DNA from: Ignavibacteriota bacterium
GTDB lineage: Bacteria; Bacteroidota; Ignavibacteria; UBA10030; UBA6906
Assembly (NCBI GenBank): GCA_963801355.1
Contig: CAWDEM010000004.1
Location: 96,001 to 160,000 of the forward strand
DNA: 64,000 nt
Direction of reading: 5' to 3'
Position 1 is the first letter of the stretch; the number at the start of each line of letters is the position of its first letter. The position numbers were made by a program, and so were the translations under genes. Shown piece by piece: positions 1 through 9,044 of this stretch. The notes beneath the pieces are model-generated. The model worked only from the letters and a program-made list of their open reading frames with translations, made no database searches and was not told the DNA's origin.

Positions 1-281
1 ATGCCCTCATGGGCCTGGGAGAAGCACGGGCCACGTTCAACCTCGGCATCGTCATGATTGTTGTCGGATTCGTCGCGTATGCGATCCTGATTCCATTGTT
101 CGGCGAGCAGGGCGCGGCCCTTGCGTATGCACTGGTGACCGCAATGATCGCCGCACTCTCCATGGCCATACTGCTCCGCTACGTACCCATTACCGCTTCC
201 GGTATCGCACGACGATGGCGTGATGTGCGGACATTCCTCATCACGCGACTGCGTGGATCTCGAAATACTTCTTCAACGTGA
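1..281 (+). CDS. C-terminal fragment of a polysaccharide flippase / MATE-like membrane protein (5' truncated)
   Basis: Open frame from window edge; hydrophobic helices with LIPLFGEQGAALA, typical of Wzx/Polysacc_synt_C; followed by a glycosyltransferase. Confidence 0.65.
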   Translation, partial: ALMGLGEARATFNLGIVMIVVGFVAYAILIPLFGEQGAALAYALVTAMIAALSMAILLRYVPITASGIARRWRDVRTFLITRLRGSRNTSST

Positions 282-297
282 GAACTCGACGGACATC

Positions 298-1437
298 ATG
301 ACAGTCGCCATCTACAACGCCAGCTGGGAGACAATGGGCGGCGGAGAAAAGTATCTCTGCACACTCGCTGATGTCCTCTCGCGTGATCCCGCCTTATCCG
401 TGACGCTCTTGATTGACCGTCCGGAAGTGACGGGTGACAGGCTGCGGCAATTCTTTGATCTTGCGCTCGAGCGGGTGACGCTGACACAGGTGAACCGGAG
501 TACCCGCAACGCCTTGCTCTCGTCTGCGGATCTCGCCATCATCCAGACGAACTGGAAACCGATCCGAAGCCGGGCAGCCAGGACCGTGTATATTCTCCAT
601 GTTCCGTATGGTCCGCTCGGCCCCGGCGCGTTTGCGGAACGGATGGTACACGGCCAGTTCAAAGAAGCACTCAAAGATATTATCCGCGGACGCCTCCTTC
701 ACGAAGCCCGCAACGCCTCGGCGGCAATCGTCAATTCCCTGTTTGCCCGGGATGCGCTGCAACGCCATCACGGCATCCAGGCGACCTGCATTCAGCCTGC
801 CATTGACGACTTCCAGCGCCCCGGCGAGAAAGAGAAGATCATTTTGAGTGCCGGCCGCTTCTTCCGCGGACTCTACAATGACAAGCGGTACGATGTCATG
901 ATCGATGCCTTCAGGGATCTTTGCACACAGCATCCCGGACACGGCTGGCAGTACCGGCTCGCCGGCAGCTGCGGAAACGACGCACCCTCTCAAAACCACC
1001 TCACACGCTTGCGACGCGCGGCCGAAGGGCTTCCGGTGTCATTTCATGTGAACCCTTCGTACGCGTTTCTGACCGAGTGCTACAACCGCGCCACGATCTT
1101 CTGGCACGCGGCGGGCTTCGGCGTTGACGAGAACCGCCATCCGGAACGGATGGAACATTTCGGCATGACCACGGTTGAAGCAATGGCCGCCCGCTGTGTG
1201 CCGGTGGTCTATGAAGGCGGTGGGCAGCGTGAGATTGTCACCGCGGGGGCATCAGGATTTTTCTGGACAACACCGGAGCAACTCATCCGGAGTACACTCG
1301 CGTTGATGGATGATGCCGCACTGGTATCCCGCATCGCGGATGGCGCCCGCGCACGTGCCGCGGGATTTTCCCATGCACGCTTTGCACAACGTGTCTTCAC
1401 ATTCTTCCACGACCTTCTGGCGGATCACCATGGCTAA
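298..1437 (+). CDS. Glycosyltransferase family 4 (GT-B)
   Basis: N-terminal GGGEKY; EHFGMTTVEAMA (EX7E) motif; ATG 298 avoids overlap with upstream gene. Confidence 0.88.
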   Translation: MTVAIYNASWETMGGGEKYLCTLADVLSRDPALSVTLLIDRPEVTGDRLRQFFDLALERVTLTQVNRSTRNALLSSADLAIIQTNWKPIRSRAARTVYILHVPYGPLGPGAFAERMVHGQFKEALKDIIRGRLLHEARNASAAIVNSLFARDALQRHHGIQATCIQPAIDDFQRPGEKEKIILSAGRFFRGLYNDKRYDVMIDAFRDLCTQHPGHGWQYRLAGSCGNDAPSQNHLTRLRRAAEGLPVSFHVNPSYAFLTECYNRATIFWHAAGFGVDENRHPERMEHFGMTTVEAMAARCVPVVYEGGGQREIVTAGASGFFWTTPEQLIRSTLALMDDAALVSRIADGARARAAGFSHARFAQRVFTFFHDLLADHHG

Positions 1438-3916
1438 AGAACGGAAAAACGTCACCCCACAGGATCGGCTCGCCGTGTTCCTGAATGCCCAACCCTCGCT
1501 CCGGCTCGACCTTGTCTGTGTCCTCCTGCTCTACGTGCTGACACTCGCACTCTTCCGCGGCATAGTGTTTGACAACGCGGCGTTTTCCACCGAGACTGAC
1601 ACCGTAGCCGCGCTGAGTTATGCACACGCCGGCCAGCGTATCGCCGAGACGGAGCATGTGGATGTGCTCTGGATGCCTTACTTCTTCAGTGGAATGCCGA
1701 CATTCGGCAACGTGGCCTATATTCCCCGCGATGTCAGCTATGTGCAGACCGCTGTCGTCAATGTGATCAACCTGCTCTATCTGCACGGACGGTGGACCTG
1801 GATGGTGGTATTCTACTTCCTTGCAGCGACGTTCATGTTTGTGCTCATGCGCTCACTGAAGTTTTCCCGCGCCGCAGCACTCCTCGGGGCAATCCTCTTC
1901 ATGCTTGCACCCTATAACATCGGCCTGGCCGGCGAAGGTCACGGGTCGAAGCTGATGGCCCTCAGCTATGTGCCTCTTGTCTTCCTGCTGACGCATCAAT
2001 TGTTCGAGCGCCGCACGATGCTCATGTTCGGTCTGCTGGCTGCGGCACTGGGCACACTCATGCTGACCAATCACCTGCAGATCGTCTACTACGGCCTCGT
2101 GATCATCGGCCTGTACCTGCTCTATCACCTCATTATGGATGTCCGCTCCACCCTGAAACTCGCCCTGACGAAGACGCTACTGCTGGCAGGGGCATTGCTC
2201 CTCGGGTTCTGTGTCTCTGCGTACATCTATCTCTCGGTGTACGAATACTCATTCTTCTCCATCCGTGGCGGCGGCAGTGCCGGAGCAAGCGGCGGACTGT
2301 CGTGGGACTATGCCACCAACTGGTCATGGCATCCCCAGGAGATTCTCACGCTCTTTATCCCATCGTTCTTCGGCTTTCAGTCGCCATACTACTGGGGAAC
2401 CATGCCCTGGACCAACTCCACGGTCTACATCGGCCTTATGCCGATTCTCCTTTCCATTATTGCCATCACGTACCGCCGTACGCGGCTTTCTATTTTCTTT
2501 CTCGTGCTCGGCATCCTGTTGTTCCTCGCATCGTTCGGGAAACACTTCCCGCTGTTGTATCAGCTGCTGTTCGACTATCTCCCCTTCTTCAACAAATTCC
2601 GCGTTCCGTCGATGGTCCTGCATCTGCTCCCCTTCGTTGTCGCTTTTCTCGCAGGAACCGGGCTGGAGTATTTGCTGGAACGCGACAAGATCCCGACTGC
2701 GGATCGGCTGAGCCGCGTTCTGTTTATCACTGCGGGTGTACTGGTGGGCGTGCTCCTGCTCCTGACCGTCACCAAGACCACACTGTTCCAGACCCTTTCC
2801 GGATCCATGCTGGAAAAGGAGGGGGAACTCGCACTCTACCGGCAGCAATACGGTGCCCAGGCACCGCAAATCATGGAACAACTCAAACAGGGCCGCTTTG
2901 ATATGCTCTGGAAGGATCTGGTGAAGTTCGTCGTCATTGCGGGCATCGGACTCGGATTCGTCGGTTTCTATCTGAAGAAGAAAATCACGGTCACGCTCTT
3001 CGCCCTGGGTGTTCTTGCGCTCACCACCATCGATCTGATCATCGTCATCCAGAAGGGGAACTTCATCTCACCCAAACCCCAGACAGCACTGGAACAGAAA
3101 TTTGTACCGGACGCAACCACCAAGTTCCTGCAGGCTCAGCCGGGGCTCTTCCGCGTGCTGCCGCTGGGCGAGCTCTTCATGGACAATAGCTACGCCTACC
3201 ACGGCCTCCAGTCAGTGGGAGGATACAGTCCTGCGAAGCTCAAGATCTACCAAACACTGCTTGATTCCTGTCTGTACCGTGGACCCGATCCAGGGTTTCC
3301 ACTCAACATGAATATGGTCAACATGCTGAACACCGGCTTCATTATGGCGCAGGGCCGATTGCCGGAGGACCGGTTCACTCTCGTGAACACGGAGGACGCG
3401 AAGCAGACTCTTACCTATAAGAACCCCCGCGCTCTCCCCCGCGCGTTTTTTGTCAAAGAGGTCAAACTCGCCGGGAACCAGACGGAGGTGTTTGAGACCA
3501 TCAACTCGGCATCCTTTGATCCCGGCCGGACGGCGATACTGGAGGGGGTGGCCGGCATCCAGGTGAGCGCTCCTGACAGCGCGTCCGTGGAAATCACGGA
3601 ATACACATCGCGGCACATTACCATGAAGACCTATACGACGGTGCCGGCGCTGATGGTGCTCAGCGAAGTGTATTACCCCGCAGGCTGGAAGGCATTCGTT
3701 GACGGTTCCGGGACGGAAATCTACAAAACCAACTCGATTTTGAGGTCGGTTGTTGTGCCCGCCGGCGTCCACGAAGTGGTGTTCAGCTTCGACCCGCCCA
3801 TGTACACGGCCGGCTACCTGATCACCAGCATCGCCTGGGTAATTACGCTGCTCTGTATTGCCTGGGGTATGTGGCGGACGCCGGAGATCCGCAGCCGGCT
3901 GCAGAAACGCAAGTAA
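1430..3916 (+). CDS. YfhO family polytopic membrane glycosyltransferase (GT-C fold)
   Basis: LWMPYFFSGMP, many TM helices, FNKFRVPS, GGYSPAKL, LSEVYYPAGWKAFVDG, VPAGVHEVVFSF. Confidence 0.85.
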   Translation: MAKERKNVTPQDRLAVFLNAQPSLRLDLVCVLLLYVLTLALFRGIVFDNAAFSTETDTVAALSYAHAGQRIAETEHVDVLWMPYFFSGMPTFGNVAYIPRDVSYVQTAVVNVINLLYLHGRWTWMVVFYFLAATFMFVLMRSLKFSRAAALLGAILFMLAPYNIGLAGEGHGSKLMALSYVPLVFLLTHQLFERRTMLMFGLLAAALGTLMLTNHLQIVYYGLVIIGLYLLYHLIMDVRSTLKLALTKTLLLAGALLLGFCVSAYIYLSVYEYSFFSIRGGGSAGASGGLSWDYATNWSWHPQEILTLFIPSFFGFQSPYYWGTMPWTNSTVYIGLMPILLSIIAITYRRTRLSIFFLVLGILLFLASFGKHFPLLYQLLFDYLPFFNKFRVPSMVLHLLPFVVAFLAGTGLEYLLERDKIPTADRLSRVLFITAGVLVGVLLLLTVTKTTLFQTLSGSMLEKEGELALYRQQYGAQAPQIMEQLKQGRFDMLWKDLVKFVVIAGIGLGFVGFYLKKKITVTLFALGVLALTTIDLIIVIQKGNFISPKPQTALEQKFVPDATTKFLQAQPGLFRVLPLGELFMDNSYAYHGLQSVGGYSPAKLKIYQTLLDSCLYRGPDPGFPLNMNMVNMLNTGFIMAQGRLPEDRFTLVNTEDAKQTLTYKNPRALPRAFFVKEVKLAGNQTEVFETINSASFDPGRTAILEGVAGIQVSAPDSASVEITEYTSRHITMKTYTTVPALMVLSEVYYPAGWKAFVDGSGTEIYKTNSILRSVVVPAGVHEVVFSFDPPMYTAGYLITSIAWVITLLCIAWGMWRTPEIRSRLQKRK

Positions 3917-3947
3917 GTCGCAAACGCAAGTACGTCGTTGTTCCGCA

Positions 3948-3976
3948 TTGCTTATCAGCAATGGCTTGTCTATATT
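3948..3976 (+). promoter_or_regulatory. Sigma70-type promoter for BMC operon
   Basis: TTGCTT(3948-3953)-N17-TATATT(3971-3976); AGGAG upstream of ATG 4031. Confidence 0.55.
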
Positions 3977-4030
3977 TCTACGTTATCTGGACGGGACCAT
4001 AGGGCACTTTTTCCAAGGAGAGCTTGACTC

Positions 4031-4324
4031 ATGGCAGACATGTCGATGGATGCACTCGGGATGGTGGAGACCAAGGGGCTGGTTGGATCCATAGAAGCGG
4101 CTGACGCAATGGTGAAAGCCGCTCGCGTAACACTGATCGGCAAGGAGACCATCGGCGGCGGGTATGTGACCGTCATGGTGCGCGGTGATGTCGGTGCGGT
4201 GAAGGCGGCAACGGATGCCGGCGCAGCAGCGGCACAACGGGTGGGCGAGCTTGTCTCGGTGCACATTATCCCGCGCCCGCATGTTGATGTGGAATTGATA
4301 CTTCCGAAGCGGCCGGCGAAATAG
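4031..4324 (+). CDS. Bacterial microcompartment hexamer shell protein (EutM/PduA-like BMC-H)
   Basis: [24 protein letters not shown]...[13 protein letters not shown]...HIIPRPH. Confidence 0.95.
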   Translation: MADMSMDALGMVETKGLVGSIEAADAMVKAARVTLIGKETIGGGYVTVMVRGDVGAVKAATDAGAAAAQRVGELVSVHIIPRPHVDVELILPKRPAK

Positions 4325-4343
4325 CAGTAAATCTCCTCTCATC

Positions 4344-4898
4344 ATGCTCGAATACGCGCTTGGATTGATAGAAACCCGCGGTCTTGTCGGCTCCATTGAG
4401 GCAGCCGACGTGATGGTCAAAACCGCCAACGTCAAACTCATCGGCAAAGAAATTGTCCGCGATGGGCTTGTGACCGTCATGGTCACCGGTGAAGTTGCAG
4501 CCGTCAAAGCTGCTGTGGATGCCGGCGCCGCTGCTGCCGCACGTGTCGGCAACCTCGTTTCACAACATGTCATTCCGCGCCCGATAGATGAAATTGAAGA
4601 TCTCCTCCCCGGCACACCATCCCGGGAGGAGAAGGAAGAAGAGAAGGACAAAGAGATAGAGTCCGTAAAACCATCACGGGCAAGGCCTCCGGAGGTATCA
4701 ACGGCAGAGCCAGCCAAGGCCACTCCCGCCCCTTCAACTCCCGGGCAGAGCGGTGATCTGTCCGCACTTGACGGCATGACGGTCCGTGCACTCCGTACCC
4801 TCGCCCGGCAGACCGGAGGACTCAGCATTCAGGGAAGGGAAATATCCCGGGCGAACAAGGATGAGCTGATACGAGCGCTGTTGGGCAGAAAAGTATGA
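4344..4898 (+). CDS. BMC-H shell protein with low-complexity linker and C-terminal Rho_N/HeH-like helical domain
   Basis: BMC domain ALGLIETRGL...HVIPRP; acidic/Pro linker; LDGMTVRALRTLARQ...ANKDELIRALL. Confidence 0.88.
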   Translation: MLEYALGLIETRGLVGSIEAADVMVKTANVKLIGKEIVRDGLVTVMVTGEVAAVKAAVDAGAAAAARVGNLVSQHVIPRPIDEIEDLLPGTPSREEKEEEKDKEIESVKPSRARPPEVSTAEPAKATPAPSTPGQSGDLSALDGMTVRALRTLARQTGGLSIQGREISRANKDELIRALLGRKV

Positions 4899-4900
4899 GA

Positions 4901-4985
4901 AGGTTCAGGGCCTTGGGGATGGGGTCCCGACGTTAGATGCTGAGCCTGCCGCCCGAACTCCCTGACCCCGAACCCCGCGACCCCG
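4901..4985. repeat. Degenerate 7-8 bp tandem repeats (CCGAACC/CCTGACC) with a G-rich complementary arm
   Basis: ccgaact c cctgacc ccgaacc ccgcgacc at 4953-4982; aggttcaggg/ggggatggggtc at 4901-4926. Confidence 0.45.
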
Positions 4986-4992
4986 CTGCTCT

Positions 4993-5916
4993 ATGAAACC
5001 CCGCCGCTTCCATATTGTGATCACCACCGCGGTTATCGGTACGTTCCTCTGGCTGGCCGTCAATCTTCGCGAGCAGTATCAGGTCACCATTGAGGCCCCC
5101 CTCACGATTGATGACATTCCTGAGGGGATGGCGATCAGCACGCCGGTTCCGGAGTTTCTTCAGCTGCGTTTTCGCGGCGACGGCTGGCGTCTGGCCGCAC
5201 TGCTCATCGGATCAACGCCGCATCTGCACATCCCGTTGGGTGCGCTCTCGCCGGAGAATCCGACGATTTCCATCAATGACGTTCCTGACCGCATTCCTCT
5301 CGCCAGCGGCATCCAGCTCATTGACATGAAACCCGATACGGTGTCAATCGTTCTCGATCGCAAAGGCGGGAAGAGAGTGCTGGTGACTCCCGACGTCACG
5401 TTATCATTTCGCGACGGCTATGGACAGGTGGGGCCGCTGATTGTTTCTCCGGAAAGTGTCACCGTCTACGGTGCCGTGGCAGTTCTCGAGAAAACCACGG
5501 CATGGCGAACCGCTGAAGTGCATTGGGATGATCTCAGGAATCCGCTCGAGCAGGATGTGAGCCTGGCAGGCAGCGCGGACTACCCGCTTGAGTTTTCTCC
5601 GGCTTCCGTCAGGATTCGGCTGAATGTTCAACCGTTTGCGGAAAAAGTGTTCGGCAGGTTGCGTGTGGATATTCACGCGCTTCCTCCAAACAGCGACGTG
5701 ATCTTTATCCCTCCGAAGGTGGAGATTGTCGCCCGCGGCGGCATCCGCCAGCTGGCAAATATCTCGCCGGATGATTTTCAGGTATCAGTGGACTATACCC
5801 AGATTCTCGAAGATACTACGGGATACATTGCTCCATCGGTTGTTTCGCCTTCGGGCGTACAGGTTGTGGCCAGGCGACCCGAGAAACTTCAGTACATTGT
5901 GAGAAAGCGGCTGTAG
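4993..5916 (+). CDS. YbbR/CdaR-like domain membrane-anchored protein
   Basis: N-terminal TM (FLWLAVNL); repeated beta domains with P..V.V.G motifs (VSPESVTVYG, FIPPKVEIVARG). Confidence 0.75.
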   Translation: MKPRRFHIVITTAVIGTFLWLAVNLREQYQVTIEAPLTIDDIPEGMAISTPVPEFLQLRFRGDGWRLAALLIGSTPHLHIPLGALSPENPTISINDVPDRIPLASGIQLIDMKPDTVSIVLDRKGGKRVLVTPDVTLSFRDGYGQVGPLIVSPESVTVYGAVAVLEKTTAWRTAEVHWDDLRNPLEQDVSLAGSADYPLEFSPASVRIRLNVQPFAEKVFGRLRVDIHALPPNSDVIFIPPKVEIVARGGIRQLANISPDDFQVSVDYTQILEDTTGYIAPSVVSPSGVQVVARRPEKLQYIVRKRL

Positions 5917-5943
5917 GCGTTCAGGATCGGGAAGGACAATCCC

Positions 5944-6657
5944 ATGAGGCTTTGCATCAACATCGATCACATTGCCACGCTGCGTGAAGCGCGCGGCGGC
6001 GTCGAACCGGATCCTGTGACCGCGGCCCAGATCTGTGAGCTCGCCGGTGCAGAAGGTATTGTGTGCCATTTGCGCGAAGACCGCCGCCATATCAACGATC
6101 GCGATCTCCGGTTACTGCGTGAAACAGTCAAGACGAAGCTTGATCTGGAAATGGCGGCGACCGATGAGATCGTGAAGATTGCGATCGAAACACTGCCCGA
6201 GCTCGTGACATTTGTTCCCGAGCGCCGCCAGGAATTGACCACCGAAGGCGGCCTCGACGTCCGCGGGCACAAGCACCATCTCAGGGATGTCATCGGTGAA
6301 ATGCACCGACACGATATCGAGGTCAGCCTCTTTATCGATCCTGTCGTTGAGCAGGTGGAGGCGGCACGGGAAGTGGAGGCGGACAAGATCGAAATCCATA
6401 CGGGTGAATTTTCCGGTGCGCGGACAGAGCGGGAACAGCGGAATCTGCTCGAGGTTGTGCGGGCATCAGCCATCCTTGCCCGCGAACTGGGTATGGGCGT
6501 CAATGCAGGACACGGGCTGAACTATCTGAATGTGCAGCTGATGTGCGGGATCACCGAGATTGAGGAGATGAGCATCGGTCATGCGGTCATCTCGCGGGCG
6601 GTCTTCGTGGGTCTCGACCGCGCGGTGCGCGAAATGCTCGCTTTGGTGCACGGCTAA
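5944..6657 (+). CDS. pdxJ: Pyridoxine 5'-phosphate synthase
   Basis: NIDHIATLREAR, HLREDRRHI, TTEGGLD, NAGHGLN, IGHAVISRA. Confidence 0.97.
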   Translation: MRLCINIDHIATLREARGGVEPDPVTAAQICELAGAEGIVCHLREDRRHINDRDLRLLRETVKTKLDLEMAATDEIVKIAIETLPELVTFVPERRQELTTEGGLDVRGHKHHLRDVIGEMHRHDIEVSLFIDPVVEQVEAAREVEADKIEIHTGEFSGARTEREQRNLLEVVRASAILARELGMGVNAGHGLNYLNVQLMCGITEIEEMSIGHAVISRAVFVGLDRAVREMLALVHG

Positions 6658-7805
6658 GAGGGTTTTCTTCCCGCCTGGAACACGGCGAGAGCTGAACACA
6701 CCAGAAGAATACCCACGCCGACAAAGAACCAGCTGAAATCCTTTCCGGCATCGTACCAGAGTCCGGCCAGTACGGGCGCCGGTGCTGCAACGATATTCGC
6801 TGAAAACAGCAGCCCGTACACCTGGCCGACCCGTTCCGCTCCCCACACGCGGGTGACAGTTGCTGCGTACAGCACCAGGACCCCTCCGTAGTTCAATCCC
6901 GCGGCAACGGCCAGCAAAAGAAAACCCGCCCTCGACTGCAACAGCAGGGGTGACGCAAAGAGCACAATCGCCTGGGCGAGCAGATTTGCCCTGACGGCGG
7001 CGGCGGAAGAAGTACGATCGAAGAGCGCACCCCACGCCATCCGTCCGGCGGCGTTGGCAACCGCAAACAACGAGACACCAAGAACGCCGGTCGCGAGCCC
7101 TCCAGCGGGAAACAGCTCCTTCAGATTCGCGTTCACGGAGAAACCCGCGGCGAGGGCTACGATCATGACGCCATAGAGGAGACGGAATTCCTTCTGGCGC
7201 AAGATATCTCTGTACGGAAGCAGCCCGGGCATCCGGGCAGTGCCTTCCCCGGGAAATTTCATGGAGAGCCCGGCTGTTGTCGCAATCAGGATGAACGCGA
7301 AGCCGAACATGCCGAACACTGCATAGGGAGTACATCCCTCTGCGGAAATCAATCTTCCGGCAATCTGGCTGATCAGTGCGGCTCCTCCGCCGAACCCCGC
7401 CACCGCTACACCGGTGACCAGACCCTTCTGATTGGGAAACCATTGCACAAGGACTGCCAGAGGAACGACGTAGGCCAGTCCGACACCGGCACCGGCCAGC
7501 AGGCCGACGCCAAGTACGGTCAGGACAAAATGCTGGGAACCCAGTGATGCCAGCAGCCAGCCGGCGCCGAAAAGAAATCCGCCGGCTGCGGCACTGCGAC
7601 CGGGTCCGAGCCGCGTCAATACAAAACCCGAAAAGATCACTGTCACAGGAAATGCAAAGTAGAACACCGTAAAAGGCAACTGCACCGCCGCCTGCGACAG
7701 CCCCGTGAGATCACGCAGGGGTCTGACAAACACCGGCCACGAATACATCGCACCCAGGCACAGCTGCATTGCAACGGCACCGAGAAGGATGACGTACCGT
7801 CTCAT
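6654..7805 (-). CDS. MFS transporter, OFA (oxalate/formate antiporter) family
   Basis: About 12 TM; QLCLGAMYSWPVF, WFPNQKGLVTG, GRMAWGALFDR, YGGVLVLY. Confidence 0.85.
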   Translation of the reverse strand: MRRYVILLGAVAMQLCLGAMYSWPVFVRPLRDLTGLSQAAVQLPFTVFYFAFPVTVIFSGFVLTRLGPGRSAAAGGFLFGAGWLLASLGSQHFVLTVLGVGLLAGAGVGLAYVVPLAVLVQWFPNQKGLVTGVAVAGFGGGAALISQIAGRLISAEGCTPYAVFGMFGFAFILIATTAGLSMKFPGEGTARMPGLLPYRDILRQKEFRLLYGVMIVALAAGFSVNANLKELFPAGGLATGVLGVSLFAVANAAGRMAWGALFDRTSSAAAVRANLLAQAIVLFASPLLLQSRAGFLLLAVAAGLNYGGVLVLYAATVTRVWGAERVGQVYGLLFSANIVAAPAPVLAGLWYDAGKDFSWFFVGVGILLVCSALAVFQAGRKPS

Positions 7806-8581
7806 CGGACTTTCTCGCACACCCAGGCGGCCATCGTCTTCACCCACGCCCCCACGTGTAGTGCGACAATGCCCGTTACGTTCCAGACTTCCCATGCCCA
7901 CTCCCCGACGCCGTTCAACCCTTTGATCATCAGTGCGATGAGTGCGCCATGAAGGGCGATTGAAAACGTCGCAATAAAGACGGCGGAGTAGACATATCCC
8001 CGCTTCGCAATATCGGTCTGGGTGACCTCACCGGTCCCCGCGGAGACAAAGGACCGCTTTGTCCAGGACTCCCGGATTTCTTCGATGGTGCTCCAGACGT
8101 GATAGCCGAATGTCACACCGATCCAGCCGTCGAACCATGGAAACCAGGCGGACGGGACGAGCGGCCGTGCAACCACCGAAACCGTCGTGAACAGGGGAAG
8201 GATGTATGGTGCGAGCCCGATGCAGTCCGTGCCGAATTTGCCTCCGAAGCCCCCCTGATGTGACACGGTGCCGCCGTTCCGCCTGACCACGAAGCCGGTC
8301 ACACGGCGGAAGAACATCAACGCGACTATGGCATGAGTGAACTCGTGTTCGAACGTCTCAGCGAGGGGTATCCGCCGGAGTACAACATGGTCCAGCAGTA
8401 TGCCCAGGAATGTGCCGATGCCAAGGGGGAGGAGAATAGAAGGAATATGGATCAGGGAGACGACGTTCAGCGCAAACGCAGCGACGGCACCGGGCAGAAG
8501 AAGGAGCAGAATGGTGCCAATGAAAAACCTCACGGGTCTAGAAGAGCGTCTTGTCAATATCTCTGCCGAGAAACGGGCCAT
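7802..8581 (-). CDS. M50B-like membrane zinc metallopeptidase
   Basis: HEFTH zinc motif flanked by TM segments; GLAPY motif; start uncertain (8581 or 8629). Confidence 0.7.
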   Translation of the reverse strand: MARFSAEILTRRSSRPVRFFIGTILLLLLPGAVAAFALNVVSLIHIPSILLPLGIGTFLGILLDHVVLRRIPLAETFEHEFTHAIVALMFFRRVTGFVVRRNGGTVSHQGGFGGKFGTDCIGLAPYILPLFTTVSVVARPLVPSAWFPWFDGWIGVTFGYHVWSTIEEIRESWTKRSFVSAGTGEVTQTDIAKRGYVYSAVFIATFSIALHGALIALMIKGLNGVGEWAWEVWNVTGIVALHVGAWVKTMAAWVCEKVR

Positions 8582-9017
8582 TCTTGATCTCCAGGATTCT
8601 GGTGTCATCCTCGAGAATCGTGTAGTCATGCCCGCCGTTCATCACTATGAGAAGTTCTCCTTCACACACCGTGATGGTCTCCACCAGTGTCAGTTCCTCA
8701 TCGAAGATGCGGGCCGCCATCGAGCCCTTTATGACGATCACCACTTCGTGTGTCCGGTTGATTTCTCTCGGTACTCTGTTATGCACATGAGCCCGGAGCT
8801 GCTGGCCTTTGTCGTAGTGCCAGGTACCCACCTGCAGGAATTCTTCGTTCCCGGAGTAGAATGCCAGCCCCTTCTTGAAACCTCCGGGCCGGATGTGGCG
8901 GGCAAGCACGAGCCCGTCTTTTGCAATCTCCCTGACATCGTCGTGCTGGCCGTTGCCGCCGGCCGGTTGCGTATTCACCGGTGTCTGAAGGGGATAGTGA
9001 AGTGCTCGTTCCTGCAT
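8538..9017 (-). CDS. WbuC-like cupin-fold metalloprotein
   Basis: AHVH...THEV...GGH...ILEIKNGPF cupin metal motifs. Confidence 0.7.
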   Translation of the reverse strand: MQERALHYPLQTPVNTQPAGGNGQHDDVREIAKDGLVLARHIRPGGFKKGLAFYSGNEEFLQVGTWHYDKGQQLRAHVHNRVPREINRTHEVVIVIKGSMAARIFDEELTLVETITVCEGELLIVMNGGHDYTILEDDTRILEIKNGPFLGRDIDKTLF

Positions 9018-9044
9018 TGTGGACCTCGGTGTCTGTCTCTGTAA

